This document shows, piece after piece, positions 1 to 10,036 of a stretch of DNA of 64,000 bases. Source of the stretch: Halorutilales archaeon Cl-col2-1 (GTDB lineage Archaea > Halobacteriota > Halobacteria > Halobacteriales > Afararchaeaceae); assembly GCA_041891055.1 (NCBI GenBank), contig CP169074.1, positions 448,001 to 512,000 of the forward strand. The letters run 5' to 3'. The notes under the pieces were generated by a model. That model made no database searches and was not told the origin of the DNA. It worked only from the letters and a program-made list of their open reading frames with translations. Numbering within the stretch: position 1 is the stretch's first letter; each line of letters begins with the position of its first letter. The position numbers and the translations under genes are program-made.

Positions 1-1
1 C

Positions 2-868
2 ATGAAAGGAGAAGACACCGATGAGGTAATAAGAAAGATACGCGAGGTCGAGATACAGGGAGCGACCTCGGTCGCGAGAGAGGGAATCCGTCTTCTGCGA
101 CGTATGGAGGAAGCAGGTAGGAGCCGCGACGAAGTCGAGGACGTAGCAGAGAGACTCCGGGAAGCGCGTCCGACTGAGCCACTTCTATTCAACTCGCTCG
201 ACATGGCTCTCGGAGGTCGGGAGAGCTACGACGCCATACTCGGACACATAGACGAGTCGCGTGACGAGATAGTATCTAACGGAAGAGGGATTCTCAAGGA
301 CTCCGAGGTGGTCTACACACACTGTCACTCGTCGACAGTCACACGTGTTCTGAGGCAGACCTACCGAGACACCGACTTCGAGGTACGTGCGACCGAGACA
401 CGTCCTCTCTACCAGGGTAGAGAGACAGCCAGAGAGCTCTCGAACAGCCGTATTCCGACGAGTCTCTACGTCGACTCGGGGGCGCGTCTCGCACTCGAAG
501 GGGTCGGAGAAGACCCAGCCGATGTGATGTTGATAGGTGCCGACGCTGTCGGATCGAGAGGCAACGTCATAAACAAGATAGGAAGCCGTGTCTTCGCAAA
601 CGTAGCCGACTCGCTCGACGTTCCTGTCTATGTACTCGCCGACTCGTGGAAGTACCTCCCCGATGTCGAGGAAGAAGTCGAGAAACGTCTTGAGAGACGT
701 GACCCCGACGAAGTCTGGGAGGAGGCTCCCGACGGAGTCGATGTCGTCAACTACGCCTTCGAGTTAGTGCCTAACGACGTCTTAGAAGGGATAGTCACCG
801 AGATCGGAATTATAGAGCCCGGTGAGTTCGGGGAAAGAGTAGAGTCGGAGTATCCCAAACTCGCTTAG
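2..868 (+). CDS. Ribose-1,5-bisphosphate isomerase (eIF-2B alpha/beta/delta family)
   Basis: EIQGAT, ARPTEP, THCHSSTV, ETRP, GADAV and NKIG motifs. Confidence 0.85.
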   Translation: MKGEDTDEVIRKIREVEIQGATSVAREGIRLLRRMEEAGRSRDEVEDVAERLREARPTEPLLFNSLDMALGGRESYDAILGHIDESRDEIVSNGRGILKDSEVVYTHCHSSTVTRVLRQTYRDTDFEVRATETRPLYQGRETARELSNSRIPTSLYVDSGARLALEGVGEDPADVMLIGADAVGSRGNVINKIGSRVFANVADSLDVPVYVLADSWKYLPDVEEEVEKRLERRDPDEVWEEAPDGVDVVNYAFELVPNDVLEGIVTEIGIIEPGEFGERVESEYPKLA

Positions 869-870
869 GC

Positions 871-2097
871 TTAAGCCATTATCGAGGCGAGGTCAATCTC
901 CTCTTCGAGGAGCTCGTGCTCGTGTCCCTCGATGTCCATCTTGTCCTCTATTATCTTCGTGAGCTTTCCGACGGGACGTACGTTTCCTATGAGTATCGCA
1001 CCGATGAGACGTCCGTCCTTGTAGCACAGTCTTCTGTACTCTTTCTCGCCGTACTTCCTCGACTCGTAGGTGTCAGCCATCGGCGGGCTTCCGAGCGATA
1101 TGAACGGCATCGAGAAATGGGCGACCGAGTAGGTTGAGACGAACTCGAACGCCTCGGCGTCGTCGGGGTTGAGCATGTTCTTCGCGGCGCGCTCACCCTG
1201 TGCCATCGCTGAGTCCCAGGAACCGTTCGTCTTGTACTCCTGTGTGATCGGGTCGTAGAACTCGGCTATGTCTCCCGCAGCGTAGATGTCCTCGTCCTTC
1301 GTCTGGAGTGTCTCGTCGACGACTATGCCGTCGTTTGTCTCGACCTCGGTTCCTTCCATGAGATCGGTGTTGAGGTCGAGTCCTATACAGACACCGGCTA
1401 TGTCACAGTCATAGACCTCTCCCGAGGTTCCGACACACTCCTCGACGCTTCCCATGCGGTCGACTCCGAATCTCTCGACGCCCTCCTGGAAGACGGGCTC
1501 GACTCCTATCGATCTTAGCTCGTCGTGGATTATCTCAGCGCCGTCCTTGTCGATGCCGTATCTCCACCATCTGTCTCCTCGCATGAGGTACTTCGCGTCG
1601 ACGTTGTTCTCCCCCATCGCGTACGCGAAGTCTATTCCGAGGAGACCCGCTCCGACTATGACGCCCGAGTCGGCTTCCTCGGCGTCTCTCCTTATTCTGC
1701 GCGAGTCGACGAAGGTCCAGAAGTTGTGTATTCCGTCGGCGTCTCCGTGTGGTACGGGAAGGTTCCACGGCTTACCTCCTGCGGCGACGAGGAGCTTGTC
1801 GTACTCGACTGTCTCCTCGTTGTGGAGTATTACCTGACTGTTGTCGTTGTCTATCCTGTTGACACGTGTGTTGAGCATCAGGTCGATGTCATTCTCGTCG
1901 TACCACTCCTCGTCATGCATCCTGATCTCTTCCTCGGGCATCTTGCCCTTGGCGTACTCCTTTATATTTATACGGTTGTAGAGCGGCTCGGGCTCGTCGG
2001 TAATAACCGTGATTTCTGCGGAGTCAGACTCCTCCCTAAGCGTCTCTGCTGCGGTTGATCCCGCGATTCCGTCTCCGATAATTACGTATTCAGACAT
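871..2097 (-). CDS. NAD(P)/FAD-dependent oxidoreductase (ferredoxin/rubredoxin reductase-like)
   Basis: GDGIAG FAD motif, GAGLLG NAD motif, YAAGD. Confidence 0.85.
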   Translation of the reverse strand: MSEYVIIGDGIAGSTAAETLREESDSAEITVITDEPEPLYNRINIKEYAKGKMPEEEIRMHDEEWYDENDIDLMLNTRVNRIDNDNSQVILHNEETVEYDKLLVAAGGKPWNLPVPHGDADGIHNFWTFVDSRRIRRDAEEADSGVIVGAGLLGIDFAYAMGENNVDAKYLMRGDRWWRYGIDKDGAEIIHDELRSIGVEPVFQEGVERFGVDRMGSVEECVGTSGEVYDCDIAGVCIGLDLNTDLMEGTEVETNDGIVVDETLQTKDEDIYAAGDIAEFYDPITQEYKTNGSWDSAMAQGERAAKNMLNPDDAEAFEFVSTYSVAHFSMPFISLGSPPMADTYESRKYGEKEYRRLCYKDGRLIGAILIGNVRPVGKLTKIIEDKMDIEGHEHELLEEEIDLASIMA

Positions 2098-2176
2098 TCG
2101 TATTGTTCGGAAGTACCTTCATTTATATATATTAATTGGTATGTTCCTGTGTGCCAGTGTGACTTACCACAGGCTG

Positions 2177-2572
2177 TCAGTCTATCGACTCGAAGAATCC
2201 CTCGGGCGGCTCAGTGGGTGTCCAGTCTCCTTCCTCGACGACTACGGGAGTGATCTCGCCCTCTACCGCAGGATCGTCGTCACCGTTCTTGTAGACCTCG
2301 AATCCGACAGTGAAAGACGTCTCTCCTGTCTCTTCCACCCGAGCCACGACCTCGATCTCATCGTCGTATCCTAGGGCGTCGTTGTAGTTAGCCTCGGCGT
2401 TGGCTCTGGGTATGTCGTATCCCTCGTCATGGAGTCTGTCGAGCGACCAGCCCGCCTCTCTCAGAAGCTCCATCTCTGCGTCCTCGAAGTACCTGAAGAC
2501 GCTGGCGAAATGTATCTGTCCCGAGGCGTCGGTGTGTCTCCATCTCACGCGTGTCGAAAACGTGTGTTCCAT
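2177..2572 (-). CDS. Acyl-CoA thioesterase (4HBT/YbgC hotdog fold)
   Basis: VRWRHTDASGQIHF..YFE motif. Confidence 0.85.
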   Translation of the reverse strand: MEHTFSTRVRWRHTDASGQIHFASVFRYFEDAEMELLREAGWSLDRLHDEGYDIPRANAEANYNDALGYDDEIEVVARVEETGETSFTVGFEVYKNGDDDPAVEGEITPVVVEEGDWTPTEPPEGFFESID

Positions 2573-2924
2573 GTAGTCGGCTTTGGCGAGACACGACTTA
2601 TCTACTTCGGAGACTTTCCCTTTCCTCTCTCTGGACAGTTTCCTGTGCCTCTTTCTTGGCTTGGCGTTTTCGAGACTCTCTGGTTCGAGTTAGTTTTTCC
2701 ACAAGCCACTCGTCTATCGACTTTTTTCGGGTTCAGCGGGCTTTTCAGAGGACATCTCTGTATCTCTCGATTGGTTCTTGTATTCTTCTGTTGGGTCATA
2801 TAATACCTTCTTACTCTTCCGGTGGCTCTTTAGTAGAGTGGTGTCAAATAGGAGGAATCTCGAACCTGATCATCGAAAGTGAGCGATATACGTGTCAGCT
2901 TCTCACCGAACTCGACAGCCGTTC

Positions 2925-3353
2925 TCAGCCGATTATACCGAACCCTGCCCAAGCTCCGTGTACGACTCCGTAGACGAGATGGAAGAAAAGAGACATTCCC
3001 AACATCTTCGTCCTAATCTTGACGCCGAGTATCAGTCTCATCCAGAAGCCGACGCCTATTACGAAGAGGAGAACGCCGTACATAGAACCCCAGAGTACGC
3101 CGCTGTCTACGGTTCCTATGTCTATCTTGAGTACACCCGCGGCGTGCTCGAAGACACCACCAGCGGACGCTCCGTATACTAAGTGAAGCGCCAGACCGTG
3201 TAACGTGTACTCTTCGGGGCTCGCGCCACCGATGTACTTCGACCAGAATATTGCTGTGAGAGGTGGTGATTCGTCTCCGAGTAACTCCATGAATACCGTC
3301 ATGACTACGGTGGCTATCAGTCCCCCCACGAGACCGTTGACTACGGATGACAC
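2925..3353 (-). CDS. Small multi-pass membrane protein (DUF6789-like)
   Basis: GGLIATVVMT, repeated HLVYG, four hydrophobic helices. Confidence 0.75.
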   Translation of the reverse strand: MSSVVNGLVGGLIATVVMTVFMELLGDESPPLTAIFWSKYIGGASPEEYTLHGLALHLVYGASAGGVFEHAAGVLKIDIGTVDSGVLWGSMYGVLLFVIGVGFWMRLILGVKIRTKMLGMSLFFHLVYGVVHGAWAGFGIIG

Positions 3354-3436
3354 TCTATAACATAGACGTCGGGGCTTAATAGTTCCAGCGTGGTTGTGGT
3401 GGGTTTTGGAACTCGTGGACAGAAATAGAAATGGAC

Positions 3437-3955
3437 TCAGGCGACCTCGAACACGACCTTCCTCTCCTCTACGCCGTCATCCATGTCTATCCCGACTACT
3501 TCGAGGGAGACGCCGTCTATCGGGAGGTCGTCCCAGCCGAGACTCTCGAACTCTATCTCGTTAGTGCCGTCACGGAAGACGTACTCCCTAACTTCCTTGA
3601 GTACAACACCGTCGTCGTTGAGTTCGAGTTTTCTCCGTGTCTCCGGCACGTCGGCTACGTCTGTGTCAACCGAATCTATCTTGAGTATCACCGACTTCTT
3701 GTCCTCTGATTCGCCCCTAAAGCCTATGCCGACAACTTCGAGACGGACGTCCTCGACGGGAAGCTGGCTCCACTGGAGTTCGTCGCGTGGAACCTGGACG
3801 GGATAGTCCTTGAAGACGCTCTCCGTAATCTCGTTGAGAAGTAGACCCGAGTCGTTTATCTCAAGAACGTACTGTATCTCCTCGTCGTAGAACTCGGGGT
3901 ACTTGTCGAGACGGCTGTCTGAGTCGGAGAACGACTGTTTTCGTCTTTTCGACAT
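3437..3955 (-). CDS. Hypothetical acidic protein with two internal repeats
   Basis: Acidic 172-aa ORF with typical codon usage; duplicated LE.ND.G..L.E..E.VF.D...L.W..LP...V.LEVVGI. Confidence 0.7.
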   Translation of the reverse strand: MSKRRKQSFSDSDSRLDKYPEFYDEEIQYVLEINDSGLLLNEITESVFKDYPVQVPRDELQWSQLPVEDVRLEVVGIGFRGESEDKKSVILKIDSVDTDVADVPETRRKLELNDDGVVLKEVREYVFRDGTNEIEFESLGWDDLPIDGVSLEVVGIDMDDGVEERKVVFEVA

Positions 3956-4003
3956 CCTCGGGCTTTCTTCGTCTCCCCGAGTTAAGATTCTGTCGCTATG
4001 GTA

Positions 4004-6580
4004 CTACTGTCTCCTCCGACGTCTTACGACTGAGACAGCGGCTACCACGGCGACAGCGACTAATACGGTTACGAAACCGAAGCCAGGCTGATCTTCACCC
4101 TCCTCGCGCGACTCGTTCAGCTCTCTCAGACGCTCCTCTAAGCTCTGCCTCTCCGACTCTAAGTCGTCTATGCTCCGGCTCAGATTCTCGTTCCGGCTCG
4201 TGAGATTCTCTATTCGTGTCTCAAGCTCCCTGTTCTCCGTAGTGACGTTCTCTATACGTGACTCAAGATCCTCTATCTCCGAGGTTAGGTCGTCACGGCT
4301 CCTCATCTCCTCGGCTCTGCGTTCTCCCTCGGCGACGACACGTACAGTCACAGTGTCCGAACTCTCACCGTCGCCGTCCTCGGCTCTGAGGACGTACTCA
4401 TCTGTTTCGAGACCCTCAGTGTCTACCGACGCCGACCACTCTCCGGTCTCCCTGTTCCACGTCTCGACGGTCACGAGAGGGAGTTCGTCGGCGGAGGCGC
4501 CCTCAGTAGCCTCGAGAGTTATGGATGTGTCGTCGGGGTTACGGTTAGTGGTTCCTCTCACAACTGCGGTCTCACCCAGTTCTAATGTACGTACTCCCGT
4601 AAGGTTCGCAAACGAATCAGGAACCACGTCATCTATCTCAGTACTCGGCGACGCTACTCTTATCTCGTCCCTCTGGAGTAGGTCGTCGGTTCCCCTCTCG
4701 TCGGCTGACTCGCTCAGAATCCTCTCGACTATCTGATCCTTCGCGAGACCCCTCCTATCGAATCCCTCGACGAAGCTGCTGAATGAAGACGCCGATCTAG
4801 TCGAAACGGGCTGTCCTCTCGCGCTCGTCGCGGAGCCGTCGCCGAACTCTCCGTCTCTTCCCGGCGTAGTAGCCAGAACCGTCGCGTCTCCCCGACGTAT
4901 ATCGCCGAGGTCGATGTTCTCCTCAAACAGGTTGTTGTCCCCGACGTCTATGACCTCCGAGACTACACGTCCTCTCTCACCTATTACCGACACAACGACT
5001 TCGTCGGAGCCGACCGAGACACCGCTAACGTGGAGTCTGTCGCCCTGAGCGACCTCATCCGCTGTCATACGTGCCGAGAAGTAGGGCCCGACCGACCTCA
5101 GACGGTTACGGCTCGGACTGTACTCCGAGATCTCAGACGGAGGTATACGTACGGGTATCGGGTCGGGAAGCGAGTCGGCGTTCACGGCGGCGATCTGGTA
5201 GGTTCCGGGGTATCTGAGTATCTCCCTTCCGGCGTACTTCTCGTCGGAGAGTACGACGTCTCTAGCCACCCACGTACCGTCAGCCCTCACGCCAGTCGTG
5301 TTCCTGCCGTTTAGCTGGAGAAGAGTCCAGTCTCCCCTGTCCCTGACGTAGATTGCTATCCCGTCGACGCCTGACGACGCCGTGCCGCGGAGTGTGGTGC
5401 TGTCACCTATGGCGTACGAGAAGCCGCCTATGTTAGTGACTATACGTCCCTCTTCGACTCGTAAGCCTCTGTCGTCGGCGTCTAATCCGTCCTCCAAAGC
5501 TTGTCTTGCCCTACTCCGTGTGTTCCTTCCCTCAAAGAGAGTGGCTGTCACACGCGTGTCGTCGAGGAGTCCCGTGTCTATGATACCGATTCCGACTCCG
5601 TCATCGTCGATCTCAACCACTCCGTAAGCGAATCCCTCCGTGCTACCCGTCTCGATAGTGTCGCCCGCTAGACGGAAGACATCGTCGGGATTGGCATTCT
5701 GGTTACGCAGGTCTTGTATGGGTATCCCGACCGCGTGGTATCTTCCGGGATCAGATCCCACAACCGTAAACCTGAGTCTCTCGCCCTGTGTCACTGTGCT
5801 TCTTTCGAGGCTAAGAGCCGGACGTGTCTCGGCTCCGACGTCTATATTAACTGACTCGGTCGCGTCACCGAAGTCGAGGTCGTCGACTCCCTTCACGGTG
5901 AGGCTATGGCTCCCGTCGTCAAGCTGATCGAGGTCTATGAGCCAGTAAGCCGTCCTGTGTCCAGTCGTTCCGATACCCTGGCTCTCACGTTCGAGGTATC
6001 CGTTGTTAAATCCCGACGGGAGTATCTCCTCCTGATCCTCCGACGGACTGTCCGAGAGTGCCTCCCTTACTACGTTCACGCCTCGGTCGTCAGTGAGTTC
6101 TAGCTCTACGTCCTCAGCGTCAGCGAAGTTCCACGTAGCCCTGACGAGTAGCTTCTGGTTCTGTCTCAGACTACTTCCCGATCCTATCTCGACCCCGAGA
6201 TGGTTGTACATGTCAACTGAGACTATACGCGGCTTGGCGACCAGAGCCGTGACATCCGTGTCAGCGTACCTACCGGTCTCCTGTGACCTCGGCACAGATG
6301 AGACGAGTTCGAGCTGTTCGCCCTCGGCGCCGCCGTTCGGAACTCCGGTGAGTATACTATCCGAAATGTCGGTGCCGTTAGGGTTCTTCCAGCCCTGTAT
6401 GTCCTCCTCTCCCTGGAAGACACGGTAGTAGCTGTCGGCGTCGAGGATTATCTCGCCTGTGCCCTCGGCTTGATCCCAGTCCTCGCGTGGGGACGACTGA
6501 GCCACTGCGGTAGTAGCCACCGCACCTAAGACGAACATTGTTATTATGAGGGCAACAGACAGCTTTGTTTTCGTGGGCAT
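4004..6580 (-). CDS. S-layer/cell-surface glycoprotein-like PGF-CTERM protein with C-terminal coiled coil
   Basis: Signal peptide, VFQGE, GTTNR, QPGFG + TM + RRRRR archaeosortase signal. Confidence 0.85.
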   Translation of the reverse strand: MPTKTKLSVALIITMFVLGAVATTAVAQSSPREDWDQAEGTGEIILDADSYYRVFQGEEDIQGWKNPNGTDISDSILTGVPNGGAEGEQLELVSSVPRSQETGRYADTDVTALVAKPRIVSVDMYNHLGVEIGSGSSLRQNQKLLVRATWNFADAEDVELELTDDRGVNVVREALSDSPSEDQEEILPSGFNNGYLERESQGIGTTGHRTAYWLIDLDQLDDGSHSLTVKGVDDLDFGDATESVNIDVGAETRPALSLERSTVTQGERLRFTVVGSDPGRYHAVGIPIQDLRNQNANPDDVFRLAGDTIETGSTEGFAYGVVEIDDDGVGIGIIDTGLLDDTRVTATLFEGRNTRSRARQALEDGLDADDRGLRVEEGRIVTNIGGFSYAIGDSTTLRGTASSGVDGIAIYVRDRGDWTLLQLNGRNTTGVRADGTWVARDVVLSDEKYAGREILRYPGTYQIAAVNADSLPDPIPVRIPPSEISEYSPSRNRLRSVGPYFSARMTADEVAQGDRLHVSGVSVGSDEVVVSVIGERGRVVSEVIDVGDNNLFEENIDLGDIRRGDATVLATTPGRDGEFGDGSATSARGQPVSTRSASSFSSFVEGFDRRGLAKDQIVERILSESADERGTDDLLQRDEIRVASPSTEIDDVVPDSFANLTGVRTLELGETAVVRGTTNRNPDDTSITLEATEGASADELPLVTVETWNRETGEWSASVDTEGLETDEYVLRAEDGDGESSDTVTVRVVAEGERRAEEMRSRDDLTSEIEDLESRIENVTTENRELETRIENLTSRNENLSRSIDDLESERQSLEERLRELNESREEGEDQPGFGFVTVLVAVAVVAAVSVVRRRRRQ

Positions 6581-6673
6581 GTCTATTGCCGTATATAACT
6601 CAAGGAATAAAACAGTAGCTCCAAAGAACTTAAACCAACAGAGGAATTATATTGATTTTCAGAACTGCCGGAG

Positions 6674-7084
6674 TCAGTAGCCCTGTTTTATGACCTCGCC
6701 CTTCGCGAAGGTCTTCTTGACGTCGTCTATCCTTATCGTGACGGTATCGTCGACGTCGGTGTTGGGAACGAAGATAACGAAGTTTCCGTCGACCTTAGCG
6801 ACTCCGTCGCCGTCGTCTCCGAGGCTTTCGATAGTGACCTCACGTATCTCGCCTTCTTCCACAGGCGGACTGTAAGCCTGTGATCCGTCGGAAAGATCCT
6901 CCGACTCTATATCCATACTCTGACTTTCTGTCGGCGAGACCTGCTCGAAGACACCGAACCTGTAACTTCCTCTCTTCTCGATCTCACCGTAATCTATCTC
7001 TGTCTTAGGGACTTCGATGACGTAGGAGTCATCGCGCTCTTCGACTCGTGAATTGAACAGACATAGGAGGTCTTCCGGAATCAA
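6674..7084 (-). CDS. TRAM-domain protein
   Basis: PPVEEGEIREVTIESLGDDGDGVAKVDGNFVIFVP. Confidence 0.9.
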   Translation of the reverse strand: MIPEDLLCLFNSRVEERDDSYVIEVPKTEIDYGEIEKRGSYRFGVFEQVSPTESQSMDIESEDLSDGSQAYSPPVEEGEIREVTIESLGDDGDGVAKVDGNFVIFVPNTDVDDTVTIRIDDVKKTFAKGEVIKQGY

Positions 7085-7156
7085 TTTCGTTCACTCATAT
7101 AAATTTAGGCTCGGTTCGACTTGTATCCACCGACTTAGACCGATAAATGACTCTGT

Positions 7157-7573
7157 CTACTCGACTGAGGTGAGATAGACGGCTACGACTGCGAGTGAGA
7201 TACCCACGATCTTTCTTGTGGTTACTGACTCGCCGAGGAAGACCATTCCCACGACCGAGCTAGTGACTATGAACATCCCGAATATCGGAACCACGACGCT
7301 GATCTCTCCCATCGAGAGCGCCCTGTAGTACGACAGTATTCCAACTGCGAGGAAGACTCCTGCGGCGTAGACGTAGACCGAACGCGGCTGTGTGAGGTAG
7401 GGACGTACTGACCTTCCCTCGAAGACGACAACCCCTGCAGTTATGACTACGAGTATCGAGTTCGAGATCATAGCAGCGACGTCACTCGGTATCTCCTCGG
7501 TAGCTGCCTTCATGAGGATCGGAACCATCGTATACGACCCAAGTGCTACGACTGCCCAGGCTACGTAGTTCAT
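7157..7573 (-). CDS. EamA/DMT family transporter (single repeat)
   Basis: Start moved to MNYVAW; YYRAL..GEISVVVPI..FLGE motif. Confidence 0.85.
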   Translation of the reverse strand: MNYVAWAVVALGSYTMVPILMKAATEEIPSDVAAMISNSILVVITAGVVVFEGRSVRPYLTQPRSVYVYAAGVFLAVGILSYYRALSMGEISVVVPIFGMFIVTSSVVGMVFLGESVTTRKIVGISLAVVAVYLTSVE

Positions 7574-7654
7574 ACTGAGCCGTCTTCTCTCAGACGGATA
7601 CGTCTTCCGTCTGTGTCTTATCGGCGATAGATATTTAAGAGGGGAGCTACTACT

Positions 7655-8098
7655 ATGAGATACGTTATCACACAACAGGTAAGAATGTTTAGATGTAACT
7701 GTCAGAACCCCGAGACTGAGGACAGACTTAGAGTCAACATCTCCGACGCGGGCGCAGGGACGCGAGTAACTGTTTACAGGAGCGGGGAGCCCGTAGAGTC
7801 GGAAGATTCGGAGATAGACCACTCAGTGTCCGAAGCCTACTGCCCGAGATGTGAGGAGACGGCGGAGTGGGTTGATCCCTCCGACGAAATCTACCCCAAC
7901 GACTTCGTTGTCTTCGAGTGGAAGGGCAGGGAGAGACAGGGTGAAGTCTACCGTATAAAGGCTGAGTCTGACAGGATAATCATACAGGAGTACACCGAGA
8001 GCGGTAAGCCCAAGAACGGTGTCGTAAGAGGAGTCGAGAGGGAAAAGGTCGATCTTCACTCCGAGGGGCGTCCTCTCGTGAGTCAGGCTGACTCGTGA
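7655..8098 (+). CDS. Hypothetical protein: Zn-ribbon (CxC...CxxC) plus SH3-like domain; start may be 7685
   Basis: CNC and CPRC pairs; YPNDFVVFEWKGRERQGEV segment. Confidence 0.65.
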   Translation: MRYVITQQVRMFRCNCQNPETEDRLRVNISDAGAGTRVTVYRSGEPVESEDSEIDHSVSEAYCPRCEETAEWVDPSDEIYPNDFVVFEWKGRERQGEVYRIKAESDRIIIQEYTESGKPKNGVVRGVEREKVDLHSEGRPLVSQADS

Positions 8099-8150
8099 CC
8101 TTTTCGGCATAACGTAACTGTTTTGATACTTTCGGTCACACAGGGAGTAG

Positions 8151-9491
8151 ATGTGTGTCCGAAGAAGAGTAAAGGTAGATCTGTCTCCCGTCGAGGTATA
8201 CGACGCCTTGGACGGTGACGTTATTCTCGAAGGAACCCAGAGAGGCTGGGAGACCACGTACGTCGGAGCCGATCCGTTCGGGAGCTTTCGTTACACGAGG
8301 AGCGACTCAGGGGACGACGGTCTCGGGGGGCTCTCCGACTGGCTCGACAGCTTCGAGGACGGGTTTGAGGGAACCGGAGCGAGAGCCTTCGGATATATAG
8401 GATACGAGATCTCGGAGGAGATAGAGGACACTGTCGAGGTCTCAACCTCTCCGGAGTACGGTCTTCCCGACATAGCCTTTGACATATACGGCACTGTCGT
8501 GGAGATAGACGACAACACGGTGGTCTCGGCGGTCGAGTACCCCGGACAGTCAGTACCAGCCGAGAGACGCGCTGAGGAAGCTAAGGAGGCTCTTCTCGAC
8601 TATGACGGCTTCAGACGTGTCGGATCAGATGAGGTAGATATCACCGAAATAGAGTCGAACTTCACCCAGGAGTCCTACCGAGAAGCCGTCGAACGAGTCA
8701 AGGAGTACATACGTGAGGGCGACACCTTCCAGACTAACATCTCACACCGCCTGAGCTTCGAGACAGACGCCGATCCACTCAGACTCTACTCCGAGCTTCG
8801 ACGGACAAACCCAGCGCCGTACATGGGCCTTCTGAGTTACGGAGACTACGCCGTCGTCTCGTCGAGTCCCGAGCTTCTCGTGAGGAAGAACGGTGAGGCT
8901 GTCGAGACGCGTCCGATAGCGGGGACACGTCCGCGGAGTGACGATCCCAACGAAGACGAGAGACTCGAAAGACAGCTCAGAAACAGCAGTAAGGAGATAG
9001 CCGAACACTCGATACTCGTTGACCTTGCACGTAACGACCTCGGAAAGACCTCGGAGTACGGAACTGTCGAGGTCGAGTCCTTCGCGGGTATCGAGAAGTA
9101 CGCCGAGGTTCAGCATCTCGAATCCGTCGTAAATGGGAAGAAACGTGACGACGCCGACCTCGTCGACGTGATAGAGGCAGTCTTCCCCGGAGGAACCGTT
9201 ACGGGGGCTCCGAAGCCACGTACCCTCTCGATAATAGACGAGACGGAGCCTCACGAGAGGGGTCCTTACACGGGTTCGATGGGGGTCATAGAGCCCGACG
9301 GAGACATGACACTCAACATACTCATAAGAACAGTCTTTAAGGACGGCGATGAGCACCATCTCCACGTCGGCGGAGGCGTCGTACACGACTCAGGTCCGAA
9401 GGTTGAGTACGACGAGACGCTTCAGAAGGCAGAGGGGAGTCTGAGAGCTCTGGGTTCGTCAGTAGATACGGGTGAGGTGACCAAACAGTGA
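8151..9491 (+). CDS. pabB: Aminodeoxychorismate synthase component I
   Basis: NPAPY, SSSPE, PIAGTRPR, DLARND, PGGTVTGAPK; operon with GATase and class IV aminotransferase. Confidence 0.85.
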   Translation: MCVRRRVKVDLSPVEVYDALDGDVILEGTQRGWETTYVGADPFGSFRYTRSDSGDDGLGGLSDWLDSFEDGFEGTGARAFGYIGYEISEEIEDTVEVSTSPEYGLPDIAFDIYGTVVEIDDNTVVSAVEYPGQSVPAERRAEEAKEALLDYDGFRRVGSDEVDITEIESNFTQESYREAVERVKEYIREGDTFQTNISHRLSFETDADPLRLYSELRRTNPAPYMGLLSYGDYAVVSSSPELLVRKNGEAVETRPIAGTRPRSDDPNEDERLERQLRNSSKEIAEHSILVDLARNDLGKTSEYGTVEVESFAGIEKYAEVQHLESVVNGKKRDDADLVDVIEAVFPGGTVTGAPKPRTLSIIDETEPHERGPYTGSMGVIEPDGDMTLNILIRTVFKDGDEHHLHVGGGVVHDSGPKVEYDETLQKAEGSLRALGSSVDTGEVTKQ

Positions 9492-10036
9492 TTGCGATAG
9501 TCGACAACTACGACTCTTTCGTTCATAACCTAGAGCAGTACGTCGGCGAGTTCACGGAGGTCGAGGTGGGGAGGTACGACTCGCCGCCAAAGGACGCCGA
9601 CGGCATAGTATTCTCACCGGGTCCGGGAACCCCCGACGAGGACGAGTTCGAGGTCATGCAGGACGTACTCCGCGAGACCGACGTTCCCGTCCTGGGAGTC
9701 TGTCTCGGACACCAGTCGATAGCCGACTTCTTTGGCGGCGATATTCGATACGCCGACGAGGTCGTCCACGGCAAGACGTCAGAGATAAGCCACGACGGAA
9801 GGGGAATCTTCGAGGGACTACCCGACCCGATGGAAGTCGGGAGGTACCACTCTCTCGTGATCGACGACACGCCCGACGAACTCATCGTGACGGCTCGGGG
9901 TGCGGACGAGATAATGGGAGTTCGTCACGAGACTCGTCCCCTCTACGGCGTCCAGTTCCATCCCGAGAGCATTCTCACTCCCGAGGGAAAGAGTCTGGTA
10001 AGAAACTTCGTGGAGATAGTCGAGAATGAGCGGTAA
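9488..10036 (+). CDS. pabA: Glutamine amidotransferase component II
   Basis: DNYDSF, SPGPG, GVCLGHQ, RYHSL, QFHPES. Confidence 0.85.
   Translation: MIAIVDNYDSFVHNLEQYVGEFTEVEVGRYDSPPKDADGIVFSPGPGTPDEDEFEVMQDVLRETDVPVLGVCLGHQSIADFFGGDIRYADEVVHGKTSEISHDGRGIFEGLPDPMEVGRYHSLVIDDTPDELIVTARGADEIMGVRHETRPLYGVQFHPESILTPEGKSLVRNFVEIVENER

Noticed and set aside
2602-2799. 65-aa basic ORF
   Set aside because: Composition is atypical for this proteome; the other frames look more protein-like.
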